Origin: an uncultured cyanobacterium
Lineage (GTDB): Bacteria > Cyanobacteriota > Cyanobacteriia > Phormidesmidales > Phormidesmidaceae
Assembly: GCA_963793265.1 (NCBI GenBank)
Contig: CAWBZI010000001.1
Span: 1,120,001-1,184,000 of the forward strand
Reading direction: 5' to 3'
DNA: 64,000 bases
The notes under the pieces are model-generated. The model ran no database searches. It worked only from the letters and a program-made list of their open reading frames with translations, and had not been told where the DNA came from. Shown here one piece after another: positions 9,492-21,070 of this stretch. The stretch's first letter is position 1, and each line of letters begins with the position of its first letter. A program made the position numbers and the translations under genes.

Positions 9492-11462
9492 ATGTCAGAC
9501 TCCACTATCGAATCAGTACTGCAAGAGCAGCGGGTATTTGAGCCCCCAGCCGCGTTTTCTCAAAGCGCGCGAATACCGAGTATGGCAGCTTACCAAAAGC
9601 TATACGACGAAGCGGCGGCTGACCCGGCTGCGTTTTGGGCGCGGCTGGCTGAAGAAGAGCTGGACTGGTTTGAAAAGTGGGACACCACCCTCGACTGGCA
9701 GCCGCCCGTTGCCAAGTGGTTCACGGGCGGCAAAATCAATATTTCGTACAACTGCCTAGATCGGCACTTAACCACCGAACGGCGCAATAAGGCCGCTCTG
9801 ATCTGGGAGGGCGAACCCGGTGACTCGCGTACGCTCACCTACGCCCAGCTTCATCGCGAAGTGTGTCAGATGGCAAACGTGCTCAAAGGCATGGGCGTGG
9901 TGAAAGGCGATCGCGTTGGCCTTTATATGCCCATGATTCCTGAAGCCGCTGTGGCTATGCTTGCCTGTGCCCGCATTGGCGCAGCGCATACGGTGGTCTT
10001 TGGCGGCTTTAGCGCAGAGGCTTTGCGCGATCGCCTCAACGACGCCGAAGCCAAAGTCGTAATCACCGCAGATGGCGGCTTCCGCAAAGATAAACCCATG
10101 GGCCTAAAGTCCGCCGTAGACGCAGCCCTTGCCGATAGCGCCGTCCCCTCAGTCACCAACGTCCTTGTCGTACAGCGCACCAAGCAAGACGTGGAATGGA
10201 CAGAGGGCCGCGACGTATGGTGGCACGACGCTCAGCCCACCGCCTCCGCCGACTGCCCTGCTGAACCGATGGACTCTGAAGACCTCCTATTCATCCTCTA
10301 CACCAGCGGAACCACCGGCAAACCCAAAGGCGTCGTCCACACCACCGCCGGATACAACCTCTACACCCACATGACCTTCAAGTGGACATTCGACATCAAA
10401 GAAACCGACGTGTACTGGTGCACCGCTGATGTCGGTTGGATTACTGGCCACAGCTATATCGTGTACGGCCCGCTTTCCAACGGTGCGACTAGCCTCATGT
10501 ACGAAGGCGCACCCAGAGCCTCTAATCCCGGCTGCTTCTGGGATGTGGTCGAAAAATACGGCGTCAATATCTTTTACACCGCCCCCACCGCCATTCGCGC
10601 CTTCATGAAAATGGGCGATGAGCTGCCAAAAGCTCGCGACCTGTCATCCCTGCGCATTTTAGGCACCGTAGGCGAACCTATTAACCCCGAAGCCTGGATG
10701 TGGTACCGCGAAGTCATTGGCGGCAACAACTGCCCCATCGTCGATACGTGGTGGCAAACCGAAACCGGCGGCTTCATGCTCACGCCTTTACCTGGGGCCA
10801 CCCCCACCAAGCCCGGCTCAGCCACCAAGCCATTTCCCGGCATTCTGGCAGATGTTGTCGATGCCGAAGGCAATCCTGTGGGGGCTAACGAAGGCGGCTA
10901 TTTGGTCGTAAAGCATCCCTGGCCTAGCATGATGCGTACCGTATACGGCGACGATGCCCGGTTCCGCCGCACCTATTGGGAGCACATTCCGCCTAAAGAC
11001 GGTCAGCACTTCTATTTTGCAGGCGATGGTGCGCGGCAGGATGAAGACGGCTATTTTTGGGTGATGGGTCGAACCGATGACGTGCTTAATGTGTCAGGGC
11101 ATCGGCTTGGCACGATGGAGATTGAGTCGGCTTTGGTGTCGCATCCTTCGGTGGCCGAGGCGGCTGTGGTAGGGCGCAAAGACGATCTTAAAGGTGAGGA
11201 TGTGTATGCGTTTGTGACGTTGGAAGGAACATATAGTGCCAGTGATGAGCTAAAAGCTGAGCTGAAGCAGCATGTGGTGAAAGAGATTGGTGCGATCGCC
11301 CGTCCTGGCGAAATCCAATTCACCGACGCCCTCCCTAAAACCCGCTCCGGCAAAATCATCCGCCGCTTTCTACGCAACTTAGCCAGCGGTGAAGAAGTCG
11401 TAGGTGATGCGACAACAATGGAGGATCAAAGCGTACTAGAGAAGCTGCGACAGGGCTCATAG
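9492..11462 (+). CDS. acs: Acetyl-CoA synthetase
   Basis: [31 protein letters not shown] and PKTRSGKI motifs. Confidence 0.97.
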   Translation: MSDSTIESVLQEQRVFEPPAAFSQSARIPSMAAYQKLYDEAAADPAAFWARLAEEELDWFEKWDTTLDWQPPVAKWFTGGKINISYNCLDRHLTTERRNKAALIWEGEPGDSRTLTYAQLHREVCQMANVLKGMGVVKGDRVGLYMPMIPEAAVAMLACARIGAAHTVVFGGFSAEALRDRLNDAEAKVVITADGGFRKDKPMGLKSAVDAALADSAVPSVTNVLVVQRTKQDVEWTEGRDVWWHDAQPTASADCPAEPMDSEDLLFILYTSGTTGKPKGVVHTTAGYNLYTHMTFKWTFDIKETDVYWCTADVGWITGHSYIVYGPLSNGATSLMYEGAPRASNPGCFWDVVEKYGVNIFYTAPTAIRAFMKMGDELPKARDLSSLRILGTVGEPINPEAWMWYREVIGGNNCPIVDTWWQTETGGFMLTPLPGATPTKPGSATKPFPGILADVVDAEGNPVGANEGGYLVVKHPWPSMMRTVYGDDARFRRTYWEHIPPKDGQHFYFAGDGARQDEDGYFWVMGRTDDVLNVSGHRLGTMEIESALVSHPSVAEAAVVGRKDDLKGEDVYAFVTLEGTYSASDELKAELKQHVVKEIGAIARPGEIQFTDALPKTRSGKIIRRFLRNLASGEEVVGDATTMEDQSVLEKLRQGS

Positions 11463-11477
11463 CAGCATGTACCAGCT

Positions 11478-11744
11478 ATGGCTTTTCAGTATGATCAAAA
11501 TAAAGCGGCAGGTAACCTACAAAAACATGGCGTTTCTTTCTCTGAGGCCGAGGGCGTATTTAGCGATCCGCTAGCAATACACTTTGAAGATGTCTCAGCA
11601 TCAGGTGAAGCTCGTTTCGTTACAATCGGAATGAGTTTCGCTTTCGCCATTCTAGTTGTCGTCTACACTTTTCGTGATGATGATATTCGCTTAATTTCAG
11701 CTCGTCGAGCTAGTAAATCCGAAGGAAAAGCTTATGAAGGATGA
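11478..11744 (+). CDS. brnT: BrnT-family toxin
   Basis: KAAGNLQKHGVSF, EARFVTIG and IRLISARRA motifs. Confidence 0.85.
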   Translation: MAFQYDQNKAAGNLQKHGVSFSEAEGVFSDPLAIHFEDVSASGEARFVTIGMSFAFAILVVVYTFRDDDIRLISARRASKSEGKAYEG

Positions 11745-12033
11745 ATACGACTTTTCAAAGGGAAAGAGAGGCGCAGTTCTCTCAACAGAAGGCATGACTC
11801 ACATTCACTTTTATATCAAAGATGAAATATTAGAAGAACTACGAAGGCAATCTGAGCAGCTAGAAACGGGTTATCAAACACTTATTAATAGCATTCTGAG
11901 AAAGCATATTGAAAGTTCAGAAGATTTTCTTGATCTACCACTAGAGTCACAGCCTTTGAACAAAGCACTTCCTGTAAGTAGTGAGGGTCACCGTAACAGC
12001 AGGGTTTTAGCAGATGACATCCACCGTTCCTAG
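11734..12033 (+). CDS. brnA: BrnA/CopG-like antitoxin
   Basis: MKDEYDFSKGKRG N-terminus and GYQTLINSILR ribbon-helix-helix motif; overlaps the end of brnT. Confidence 0.8.
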   Translation: MKDEYDFSKGKRGAVLSTEGMTHIHFYIKDEILEELRRQSEQLETGYQTLINSILRKHIESSEDFLDLPLESQPLNKALPVSSEGHRNSRVLADDIHRS

Positions 12034-12523
12034 CACTTTAAATAGCACTGAGGGTCTTTACGAGGCTGACTTCTACGCTTGGACGCAGCAGCAGGCTTTG
12101 CTGCTACGCAATCGGCAGTGGCAAGAAGTAGATTTAGACAATGTGATTGAGGAGATTGAGTCTTTGGGTAGGCAGCAAAGACAAGAGCTTCGCAATCGCT
12201 TAGCAGTGCTTATCGGACATTTACTGAAGTGGGAGTATCAAAGTGAAAAGCGCAGCCGCAGTTGGCTAGCCACTATCAACATTCAAAGACTCGATATTGA
12301 AGCGCTGATAGCAGACAATCCAAGCCTGCAACCCTACCTTGATGAAGCAATGGAGGTTGCCTATCGCAAGGGCCGAATGCTAGCGGTTAAAGAGACTGAA
12401 CTACCTCAAAGTATCTTTCCTTCAGAAGCGGCTTACTCGCTAGCAAATATTCTAAAAGAAGGTTTTTATCCAGGAGGGGATAGCGACTTGACCGAGCCTA
12501 TATTTCGTAAAGGATGTGAATGA
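12014..12523 (+). CDS. DUF29-family protein
   Basis: LYEADFYAW, DLDNVIEEIESLG, LIGHLLKWEYQ and NPSLQPYL motifs. Confidence 0.9.
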   Translation: MTSTVPSTLNSTEGLYEADFYAWTQQQALLLRNRQWQEVDLDNVIEEIESLGRQQRQELRNRLAVLIGHLLKWEYQSEKRSRSWLATINIQRLDIEALIADNPSLQPYLDEAMEVAYRKGRMLAVKETELPQSIFPSEAAYSLANILKEGFYPGGDSDLTEPIFRKGCE

Positions 12524-12753
12524 ACTTTGAAACCGTGGGTAAGATTTCAGATATTGAAATCATTGCCGTCAATTTATCAATTAGAGAGTTAGATTCTCTA
12601 AAAGAAAAGCATGGTGGGCGTAGATGGCGAAAGCTAAAAGGTATAGGTCTTGTAAGCCTTCAGAGCGGCAGTATACGCAAAGCAGAACTGCATTGGTATG
12701 AGGCGCACGGAATTGGTAAACGTAAAATGAAGATTAAAAGGTTCTTGGATTAG
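12520..12753 (+). CDS. Conserved small basic protein with HWYEAHGIG motif (putative toxin)
   Basis: 77 aa, WRKLKG...AELHWYEAHGIGK; 4-nt overlap with DUF29. Confidence 0.65.
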   Translation: MNFETVGKISDIEIIAVNLSIRELDSLKEKHGGRRWRKLKGIGLVSLQSGSIRKAELHWYEAHGIGKRKMKIKRFLD

Positions 12754-12760
12754 TGCTGCG

Positions 12761-13003
12761 ATGAACAAGCTATTAGAACAACGACAGTTTGCGATCTGCA
12801 TCGCAAATGACAACTGCGATGACCTTCAGATTCTTAAAATCTATCAGCTTTTGCCCGACCAGAAAGCAGCCGAAGAAAATTACGTTCGCATTATTGACGA
12901 TTCTGGAGAGGACTATCTGTATCCAGCAAGCTGCTTTGTCACAACTGAGTTTTCTACAGCCGTCACGCAGCAGCTTATCGCTGCCATTCCCTCTGTCGCT
13001 TAA
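12761..13003 (+). CDS. Conserved small acidic protein with [10 protein letters not shown] motif (putative antitoxin/immunity)
   Basis: 80 aa, acidic, starts 7 nt after the HWYE gene. Confidence 0.65.
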   Translation: MNKLLEQRQFAICIANDNCDDLQILKIYQLLPDQKAAEENYVRIIDDSGEDYLYPASCFVTTEFSTAVTQQLIAAIPSVA

Positions 13004-14490
13004 GATGAGCGGCGAGGCTTTGACGCAGACGAACGGCCTTTATTGAGAACGGGTTTGGACGAGCGGCTGCTGCTGGCAGGGCGAGAAGATGACCGGCCTC
13101 GACTGCTGCCGCCGCCACCGCCTGAGCGCCCTCGACCGCCACCACCGCCGCGTGGATTGTTGCGACCGTTGGGAATAGGCTCAGGAGGAATGGACGGATC
13201 GGGCTCGTAGCCTGGAATGATTTCTTTGGGAATGTCTTTCTTTAGCAGCCGCTCAATGCCTCTGAGCAAATCTTTTTCGTCAATACACACTAAAGAAACG
13301 GCCTGACCCTCGTTACCTGCGCGGCCTGTTCGACCAATTCTGTGCACGTAATCTTCGGCCACGTTGGGCAGCTCGAAGTTAACAACATGCGGCAGCATGT
13401 CAATGTCTAATCCGCGAGCGGCAATGTCTGTGGCCACCAGAACGCGGACATCGCCTGACTTGAAGGAGGCGAGTGCGCGGGTGCGGGCACCCTGGCTTTT
13501 GTTACCGTGAATGGCAGCGGCGGTGAGGCCGTCTTTTTGGAGGTGCTTGGTGAGGCGGTTGGCACCGTGCTTAGTGCGGGTGAACACGAGTACCTGCTGC
13601 CAGTTACGCGAGCCGATGATGAAGGAGAGGAGTTCGCTTTTTTTGATGCGATCGCACGGATAAACCACCTGATCGACCGTCTCAGCAGCTGAGTTACTAC
13701 GGGCGACTTCGACCAGCTCAGGCGATCGCAAAAAGCTATCGGCCAGCTTCCGAATCGGCCTAGAAAACGTAGCCGAATACAAAAGCGTCTGCCGGTCTTC
13801 AGCGACCAGCGCCAAGATCTTACGAATGTCATGGATAAAACCCATGTCCAGCATTCGATCGGCCTCGTCTAGCACCAAAATCTCTACCTGCGAGAGATCA
13901 ACCGTGCGCTGATTGACGTGATCGAGCAGACGGCCTGGCGTTGCCACCAAAACATCAACGCCCTGCTTAAGCTTAGAAATCTGCGGGTTAATTTTGACCC
14001 CGCCAAAAATAACCGTAGAGCGGATGGGCAGGTACCGGCTGTAAGTATCCACGCTTTCGCCAACCTGAGCGGCCAGCTCACGGGTCGGCGTAACAATCAA
14101 CGCGCGAATAGAACGGCGACTGCCGCTACCGTTATTCCCCCCAGGAACTTCTCTAGGCGCACCTTTTTTACGCAAAATAGGCTTAGCGCTAGTCTGTGGC
14201 CTAAATTTCTTGGCTTCTACAGCCGCCGCCGTCCCTTCTGTGGGCATTGTTTGAGTCGGTAATCCCTCACAGAGACGCTGAAGCATCGGCAGCGTAAAAC
14301 CGGCTGTTTTACCCGTACCCGTTTGGGCACTCGCCATCACATCGCGGCCCTGCACCACAATCGGAATAGACTTGCGTTGAATCGGCGTCGGCTCCGTATA
14401 GCCTTGTTCAGCAACGGCGCGCAAAAGTTCTGACCGCAGACCAAGACTCTCGAAAGACACGCTCTCGGCAGACGGCATTTTAATAGACAT
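13000..14490 (-). CDS. rhlE: DEAD-box RNA helicase (RhlE-like)
   Basis: Q motif, [21 protein letters not shown] and [10 protein letters not shown] motifs; G/R/S-rich tail. Confidence 0.9.
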   Translation of the reverse strand: MSIKMPSAESVSFESLGLRSELLRAVAEQGYTEPTPIQRKSIPIVVQGRDVMASAQTGTGKTAGFTLPMLQRLCEGLPTQTMPTEGTAAAVEAKKFRPQTSAKPILRKKGAPREVPGGNNGSGSRRSIRALIVTPTRELAAQVGESVDTYSRYLPIRSTVIFGGVKINPQISKLKQGVDVLVATPGRLLDHVNQRTVDLSQVEILVLDEADRMLDMGFIHDIRKILALVAEDRQTLLYSATFSRPIRKLADSFLRSPELVEVARSNSAAETVDQVVYPCDRIKKSELLSFIIGSRNWQQVLVFTRTKHGANRLTKHLQKDGLTAAAIHGNKSQGARTRALASFKSGDVRVLVATDIAARGLDIDMLPHVVNFELPNVAEDYVHRIGRTGRAGNEGQAVSLVCIDEKDLLRGIERLLKKDIPKEIIPGYEPDPSIPPEPIPNGRNNPRGGGGGRGRSGGGGGSSRGRSSSRPASSSRSSKPVLNKGRSSASKPRRSS

Positions 14491-14812
14491 AAGCGAAAAA
14501 AAGGGCTTCTATAGCTTCTGTCACTTTGGTTACGTCATACTTATTAGCTGAAGCCACTAAAAACAACAGCCAAAGTGACCAAAAAACGACGAATGCAATC
14601 CGCCGTTTTCTATTGCCACCATCTATGGGATGCCCTATCCCCAACGCAGCGATCACCGCAGCATACGGAACTAGCCTAAGAGCAAAAAAACGTTAGTAAA
14701 GTGGAAAAAACAGATCAATTCTGGCACTTGCGCAGACTAGAGACGCGGCCAAGGCATTATAGTAGCAGACTTTTTAGTAAGCGCGTGCAAAGGGCCGTTT
14801 GATCTAGACGCT

Positions 14813-15754
14813 CTAGCTCAACGCTTTGTCCAACCACTTCACCAAATCAGCCACCACCACATCCGCATCTAAATCGTTATGCGGCTCGTGATAGCTACCT
14901 GGATAGATCCTTAGCGTTTTATCATCGCTCTGCATCTGCTGAAAGATTCGGCGGCTACCGTCAGGGGCCATTATCGGGTCAGCATCTCCATGCGTAATCA
15001 AGATCGGCAGGCGAATCTGAGCGACATTAGCCTTTACCCACGAGATTGTACGCAGCGTTTCACTGCCCCAACGCAACGTGACATACGGGTGAATTAACGG
15101 ATCTTCGGCAATTTCTTCGGCCATCTCTGGCCGACGAGAGAGCGCACATTTTGCCAAACCCATTTCCATTGAAAACCGAGGAAATAAACCAGAAAGCACC
15201 CGAGCCAGCACAGCCCGCAAAGGCTTAGCAGTGCCCTCAGCAGGATCAATCGGTGGCGCGCTCACAACTAAGCCGCGAATTTTGAAAGCCTCAAACGCAG
15301 GCGACTGAGCGCAGCGCAAAACGTACTCCAGCACAATCAAACCGCCCAGGCTATGCCCCATCAAAAACAAAGGTGCAACCGGCTCGCACTGCCGGACAAG
15401 CTGTAAAAAAGCCTGAAGGTTGTCGCGGTAGTCTTGCCAGGCATCAACATGGCCGCGCTGTCCTTCAGACTTACCGTGACCCTGATTGTCGAAGGCAAAG
15501 ACCGCGTAGCCTGCCGCTGTTAGCGCTTTGACCACCGCACGGTAGCGTCCAGAATGCTCGCCTAGCCCATGTACCAGCGCTAAAACGCCCTTAACTGCAG
15601 AAGGCAAACCATCTTCGGCAGCGGGCGCACTCGGATACCAGCTTCGATAAAATAGCTCGAGTGCGTTTGCGCCCTGAAAAGTTCCGTGACGAGTTTCGAT
15701 GGTGTAAGTCTGGGGGTGTTGAGTTAGCGGGTGTTGGGCTTGGATCGAGTTCAT
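14813..15754 (-). CDS. Alpha/beta hydrolase (lysophospholipase/monoglyceride lipase-like)
   Basis: VHGLGEHSGRY, GHSLGG nucleophile elbow, HGDAD and YHEPHND motifs. Confidence 0.9.
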   Translation of the reverse strand: MNSIQAQHPLTQHPQTYTIETRHGTFQGANALELFYRSWYPSAPAAEDGLPSAVKGVLALVHGLGEHSGRYRAVVKALTAAGYAVFAFDNQGHGKSEGQRGHVDAWQDYRDNLQAFLQLVRQCEPVAPLFLMGHSLGGLIVLEYVLRCAQSPAFEAFKIRGLVVSAPPIDPAEGTAKPLRAVLARVLSGLFPRFSMEMGLAKCALSRRPEMAEEIAEDPLIHPYVTLRWGSETLRTISWVKANVAQIRLPILITHGDADPIMAPDGSRRIFQQMQSDDKTLRIYPGSYHEPHNDLDADVVVADLVKWLDKALS

Positions 15755-15759
15755 GACGG

Positions 15760-18700
15760 CTATAGAATTTCAATTGTTCCGCGCTGCCCATCGATCCGAA
15801 CGCGCTGTCCGGTCGTGAGCCGGTGAGTGGCATCTGCAACGTCCATCACAGCCGGAATGCCATATTCGCGAGCGATAATAGCCCCGTGCGAGAGCTGACC
15901 ACCCACTTCAGCGATCAGGCCACCAATACGAGCGAGTAGCGGCGACCAGCCAGCATCGGTATAAGGGACAACCAAAATGGTTTGAGCATCGATATCTAGA
16001 GCAGATGTCGGCAGCGTTTAAAGCACTCGAATAGTGCCCTCTAGCTGTCCTTCACTGGCTCCGATACCCTGTAGGATACCCGAGGCCGCCATGGGAAGGG
16101 CGTTTGCGGTGGACACTATTGGCGGCGGGGCATTGCCATACACCAAGTTTGGAATACGCGCTGTCTGTTTGGCCTTTTGCCAGCCTGCTTTGGCTAGCGC
16201 TACCTTCGCACTTAACCGATCAGCCGCACTTAGCCGATTAGCCTCTTGCACCGCCACAGCATTGTCTGAAGACACTATCTAACGGTGGCGCAACTATCTC
16301 GACACGAACAGTAGGCCAGTCCAGAAAGAAAATATCGCCTTGAGCTTCTAACTGCTCTATTATTAGCCAGCGATTTTCGATTTCAACAAAGCAGCTTCGC
16401 AGGTTAGCTAGCAGTCGGTTGTAGACTTCTGCCACACGTCCTTTAAGGTCAAGCCTGGCCTGAACCTGCTTTTGTCGCCAGCCTGTTGTGGCTGTTCTTT
16501 GTCGATGGAGCGGGACGGCTGGTGTCTGGATTTAATAGGTACTGGGCGAGCAGTTCGCGTACGGGCTGAGGTGATTCCTGCCAGGTGGGAACGGCGATGT
16601 CGGTGGCGACTTCGCTCAGATAGCCGTATTTTTCTAAGAAGCGATCGAGCTGGTCGAATACCTGGTCGCCTTCGGGGTGCTCTGAGATGGCGGCGAATAA
16701 TGAGGCGCTGGTGTTAGGAGAGGTGCGCGTGTCGGCATCTATCGTGGAATACAGGCCGAGCTGAGGGAGGAGCGATCGCAACTGCGCGGCCATATCTCTA
16801 AGATCTTCGAGCGCCATGACTTCAGGGCTACTGCTATTGTCGAGCGTGGCTAGATCTACTTTAAGCAGGGATTGGCGCAGCGCCAGGCTCAAAGGCGACA
16901 GGATGTTGTAGTAAGTCGCCTGTTTTAAAAGGTCGAGAATTTCTTCAATTCGCTCGACAATAGCAGCCGGTGAAAGATCCTTGAGAGGTTGCCCCTGCCA
17001 GCGGGCGATCGCAGGTGCAAACACCTCCCGATCGTCTCTTGCAAACTCACGAGACACTCTCATCTCCTGACGCAGCAGCCGCCATAACCCAGGCGCATTT
17101 CGCAGCGTTACGCCCAAAGGCGGACGATTAAACTTAGCGCCGCGCGTCAAAAATTCCAGGCTATCGGGCGGCAGTCCCATCCGAATAAAAATATCGCCTA
17201 AAAGCGTTGCATTGAAGTAGGCATACGAATAGTGCAGCGTCGCCGTTTGAGAAAAGTCAATATCAGCCGCGCGGTCTTTAAGCACGGTGGTAAACAGATC
17301 GCCCCAAACGCCACAGGTCAGCGGTCGATTGATTGACCACGTGAGCGGGCGAATGGCCCCCGGAATCACCTCAGCCGCAATCTTTCTCGTCCAAATCGGC
17401 AGCAGCGTTGTAATCGGGCGGCTTTGCAGCACCCAAAGCTGCTCGCCGTCGAACGTCCATTCGATGTCTTGAGGAATGCCATGGAAGCGATTTTCGATAT
17501 GGCGAGCGAGGTAGGCGACCTGTTGAATTAGCGAGGTAGGCACTTTGCCTTCCATACTGCTTTTATTACTGACGGGGAGATCCAGCGTTTCAGGCAGTGA
17601 CCAATCGCCTTTATCTACGAGGCGATCGCCCACCTCCACACAGTAAGACTCCGGCGTAATCTGCCCGCCCACCACCTGGCTTGCCGCTCCCGGCAGTGCC
17701 TCTATCACCACCGCATCGCCCATGTGAGTAATCGGATCTCGGCTAAAGGCCACGCCCGAAAAGACGCCTGTAATATGGGGCTGCACCAGCACATTCATTT
17801 TGCCATCCGGCAGGTTTCGATCCTGACGGTAGCGAACGGCACTCGGCGCGTTGTATGCATTCAGGCAAACGGTAACGGCGCGCTGTAGTGCTTCTGGGCT
17901 CTCAATTTCGGTTACAGAAACATACTGACCCGCCGCAGAGGAAGTGCGGCCGTCTTCACCAATTGCCGAGGAGCGGGCGACTACTTTTTGATCGTGTGTG
18001 GTCTTATCAGCCGGGTTGGCAATGCCTGGAAAAACGGTCGCGATTAGAGCAGCCGGATCGTCTCCAGCAGGTAGAACATAGCCGGGCGGGACGGGATAGC
18101 CCCAGGCGTGGAGCTGTGAGAGGGTGGCGGCTTTGCTGCCGACTTTAGCCGGGTCGAGAATTGTGTTGAGTGAAGGGAGGGCGCGATCGCCTTGAAAAAA
18201 TCGAAACATGCGTCGGGATTCTCCTGCGGTAGCGGGCAAATCGAGATCGTCCGGTATCTTGTGATAAATCCAGGCGACTAAGCCAGAGAGACAGGCGACA
18301 ATAATCACCCGCATTCCGTCTGTTGGATGCACAAGCGCCGTCAGTACGGGCATGAGCACAAGGACAAACACGCGCCCCTGATCGCGCAGTCGCAGCAGGG
18401 TAAAGCCGATAAGGCTAATTAAAAAAGTGAGCCCGGCGACGATGGGATCGTAAACGAAAAATCCCCAGGCAACATTGGTTGTCCCTGCGCCTTGAGAACC
18501 CCAGTAGCGGCCCATCACCAAAGCCATTAAAGAGAGCACAGGCCAGATGGGATCGTCGCCAAAAAAGTAGCGAGCAGCCAAAATAGCGGCAATGCCCTTA
18601 AAGGCTTCTGCAGCTACCGAAAGCAGTCCGATAGGCGTGCCGCCGTGATAGAAAGCCGCCGAGACGCCGACGTTGCCTGTGCCCAGCTTCGAGAGCTGCT

Positions 18701-18797
18701 TGCCGGTAAAAAGGCGCACTATCCAACCGGAAAGCGGCAGCGCCCCTAGCAGTGGAACGAGCGTAAATATGATGAGTGCGCCAAGAACTTCGGCCAT
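15760..18797 (-). pseudogene. PlsY-like acyltransferase fused to PEP/pyruvate-binding and PEP-utiliser mobile domains, interrupted near the 3' end
   Basis: GTGNVGVS (PlsY-like), RSSAIGED, QDIEW, LQSRPIT and GGQLSHGAIIAREYGIPAV motifs spread over four ORF pieces. Frameshifts at about 16483 and 16280, plus an in-frame TAA at 16018-16020. Confidence 0.8.
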
Positions 18798-19000
18798 TAG
18801 AGGAGATTATGGTAGGGGCGTCACTGTGGGTTTGCGACGGGAAGCTCAACACTGCAGTGTTGTAATTCTACGACTAAGAACCCGATTCTTGACACAGCCT
18901 CTAGATCTATTTAAGGAATGTCATGGTCACTTTAGCCTTAGTTTGATTGCACGCTTTTACCTAACAAACGATTTTATATTTAACGAATAGGTTCCCAATC

Positions 19001-21016
19001 ATGACTTTTGGAGACTCGATGCGCGCGCTAAAGCGTACTTTGATCAAAAGCAGCACCGTCCTTTGCAGCAGTGCGCTGAGCTGTCTGCCCCTTACGGTAG
19101 CGGCTGAGGCAATCGCACCTCCTCACCCAGCCGAAATTTTGCCAGGCAGCACCCCGTCAGCCGTTGTCATCTCGTCTGATCCGGCAAGCTGGACAGCGCT
19201 AGAGCAGTTTGAACTCTTTGCTAAAATCACCCGCTTTGTTACAAGTTCTGGGCTAGGTGATAGCGATGGCTTAGGCAACCCTGCGGGCTTGTTTTTTGCA
19301 CCGCCTGGCACCAACTACACCACAGAAATTACGCCGTGGATTGGAGAGAAGATTGTCATAGCGATTTTGCCGGACACCACGCCGCGCAGCATTGCCGTCA
19401 ACGATCTTTCGACAGAATCGGTGGTGGTGGTGCCCGTAGCTGACGAGTCGAAGCTAGCGCCCTTTTTAGAGAAGCTCGAAACCTCTAGAGCTGAAGCGCC
19501 TGACAAGAGTATGTACGGGGATGCTGCCCTGTGGGTGTGGCCTACTCGTGAAGAGAGTTTGTATCCCGACGAGGGAAGCTGGGAGGAAGAATGGGAAGAG
19601 AACTGGCAAGGTCTGCCTGAAGTGCCTCATGAAGAGATCGAAGACTTTTCGGACGCGGATACAAAAATAAGGAACTCTGTTGGAACTAAGGCTGCTTCTG
19701 TTGAAGTTCTATCACCGCCGCCCGAAGTTTTTAACAAAGAAGATTACGACACCTACACCGTGCAGGGAAAAGCTGTTGCACAAATTGACGGCTACCTCAT
19801 CTTTGCACCTGAGCCAGAAACGCTTAAAAAGCTGTTGGACTATCGTCAGTTTGACTATCCTCGATTAAGCGATAATGAGTTGTTTTTGAGATCGCAGTAT
19901 GGAGAAGCCGAAGGGGCGATCGCGCGCATCTACGGCAACCTTTCAGAAGTCGCCAAATTCAACCTTGATGGCGGATTAGGATTATCCTCTTCTACCCCCA
20001 ACATTCCAAACATCCCAGGCATTCCGCGACTCCCAGGCATACCCAAATTTCCAACAGCTCCCTCACTGACCCTGCCGCAAGAGAACCAGGCGCTACTTGC
20101 TAAAGCCCTAGAAGGCATGACCTTTGATAGCTTGATTTATCCTCAATCAGAAGGGTTACGAATTCAGGGCCGCGTATACGGCAACAATCTTATTCGCAGC
20201 AACGCCACCCCTGAATTGCCCTATGCCGACTCAGCCCTAAGCTTTGTGCCTGCCCCCAGTTACGCGCTCAACAGCGGACGCAATATTGCTGGGTTATGGA
20301 AACAACTGGCCCGGCAGCTTTCGCGCAACGCCACCGCGCGCGACTACCTTGAGCAGGCCAGAAGCACAGTCACTCTATTCACCGGATTGGATCTTGATAC
20401 TGAACTTATCGGCTGGATGGATAGAGAATTTGTGCTGTTCTTTTTCCCTAGTCAGCAGGGCGCGATTAACAGCTTTTCGCCAGGGGCAGGGGTAGAAGTT
20501 GGCCTGGCGATTCAGACAAGCGATCGCCCCACCGCTCAAAAAGTACTCGACACTTTCGATAGCCTAACTGGCGGACTCGCCACCAACACCACCATTAACG
20601 ATGAACCCGCCGTAAGCTGGCAAGTTCCCTCCCCTACCGAGCCCACCAGCTACCTTAGCCATAGCTGGATTTCTGAAGACACCGTAGTCATCACCTCGGG
20701 CGCTGGGGCGATGGCTCAGCTCCTCAACAATTCTGCCTTTGAGCCCGTCAGCGAGCATCCTACCTTCATAAACGCCACAGATTCACTGGCAAAACCCAAC
20801 AACGGCTACAGCTATTACAACGCGGGCGCTACCTTTTCGCTGGCCTATGCACTGGTGAGCAAGTGGTTAGCGATCGCCCCTGACAATCCCACCTTTCAGC
20901 TTGTCAAAAGCTACCTCGGCACCATTCGCGGCGGCGGTGCTACCACCTCTAGCACTAACGAATACTGGCAGCTAGACTCACTCCTAAACCTAGCGCCTGC
21001 TGAACCATTGCCCTAA
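19001..21016 (+). CDS. DUF3352-like exported protein
   Basis: Signal-like N-terminus; ITPWIGEKI, GLDLDTELIGWMDREF and LAKPNNGYSY motifs. Confidence 0.7.
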   Translation: MTFGDSMRALKRTLIKSSTVLCSSALSCLPLTVAAEAIAPPHPAEILPGSTPSAVVISSDPASWTALEQFELFAKITRFVTSSGLGDSDGLGNPAGLFFAPPGTNYTTEITPWIGEKIVIAILPDTTPRSIAVNDLSTESVVVVPVADESKLAPFLEKLETSRAEAPDKSMYGDAALWVWPTREESLYPDEGSWEEEWEENWQGLPEVPHEEIEDFSDADTKIRNSVGTKAASVEVLSPPPEVFNKEDYDTYTVQGKAVAQIDGYLIFAPEPETLKKLLDYRQFDYPRLSDNELFLRSQYGEAEGAIARIYGNLSEVAKFNLDGGLGLSSSTPNIPNIPGIPRLPGIPKFPTAPSLTLPQENQALLAKALEGMTFDSLIYPQSEGLRIQGRVYGNNLIRSNATPELPYADSALSFVPAPSYALNSGRNIAGLWKQLARQLSRNATARDYLEQARSTVTLFTGLDLDTELIGWMDREFVLFFFPSQQGAINSFSPGAGVEVGLAIQTSDRPTAQKVLDTFDSLTGGLATNTTINDEPAVSWQVPSPTEPTSYLSHSWISEDTVVITSGAGAMAQLLNNSAFEPVSEHPTFINATDSLAKPNNGYSYYNAGATFSLAYALVSKWLAIAPDNPTFQLVKSYLGTIRGGGATTSSTNEYWQLDSLLNLAPAEPLP

Positions 21017-21070
21017 CGCGCTAAGCTGAAAGCGCGTCGTCAAAATTAGGGGCTTCAGCCTTTATAGACT

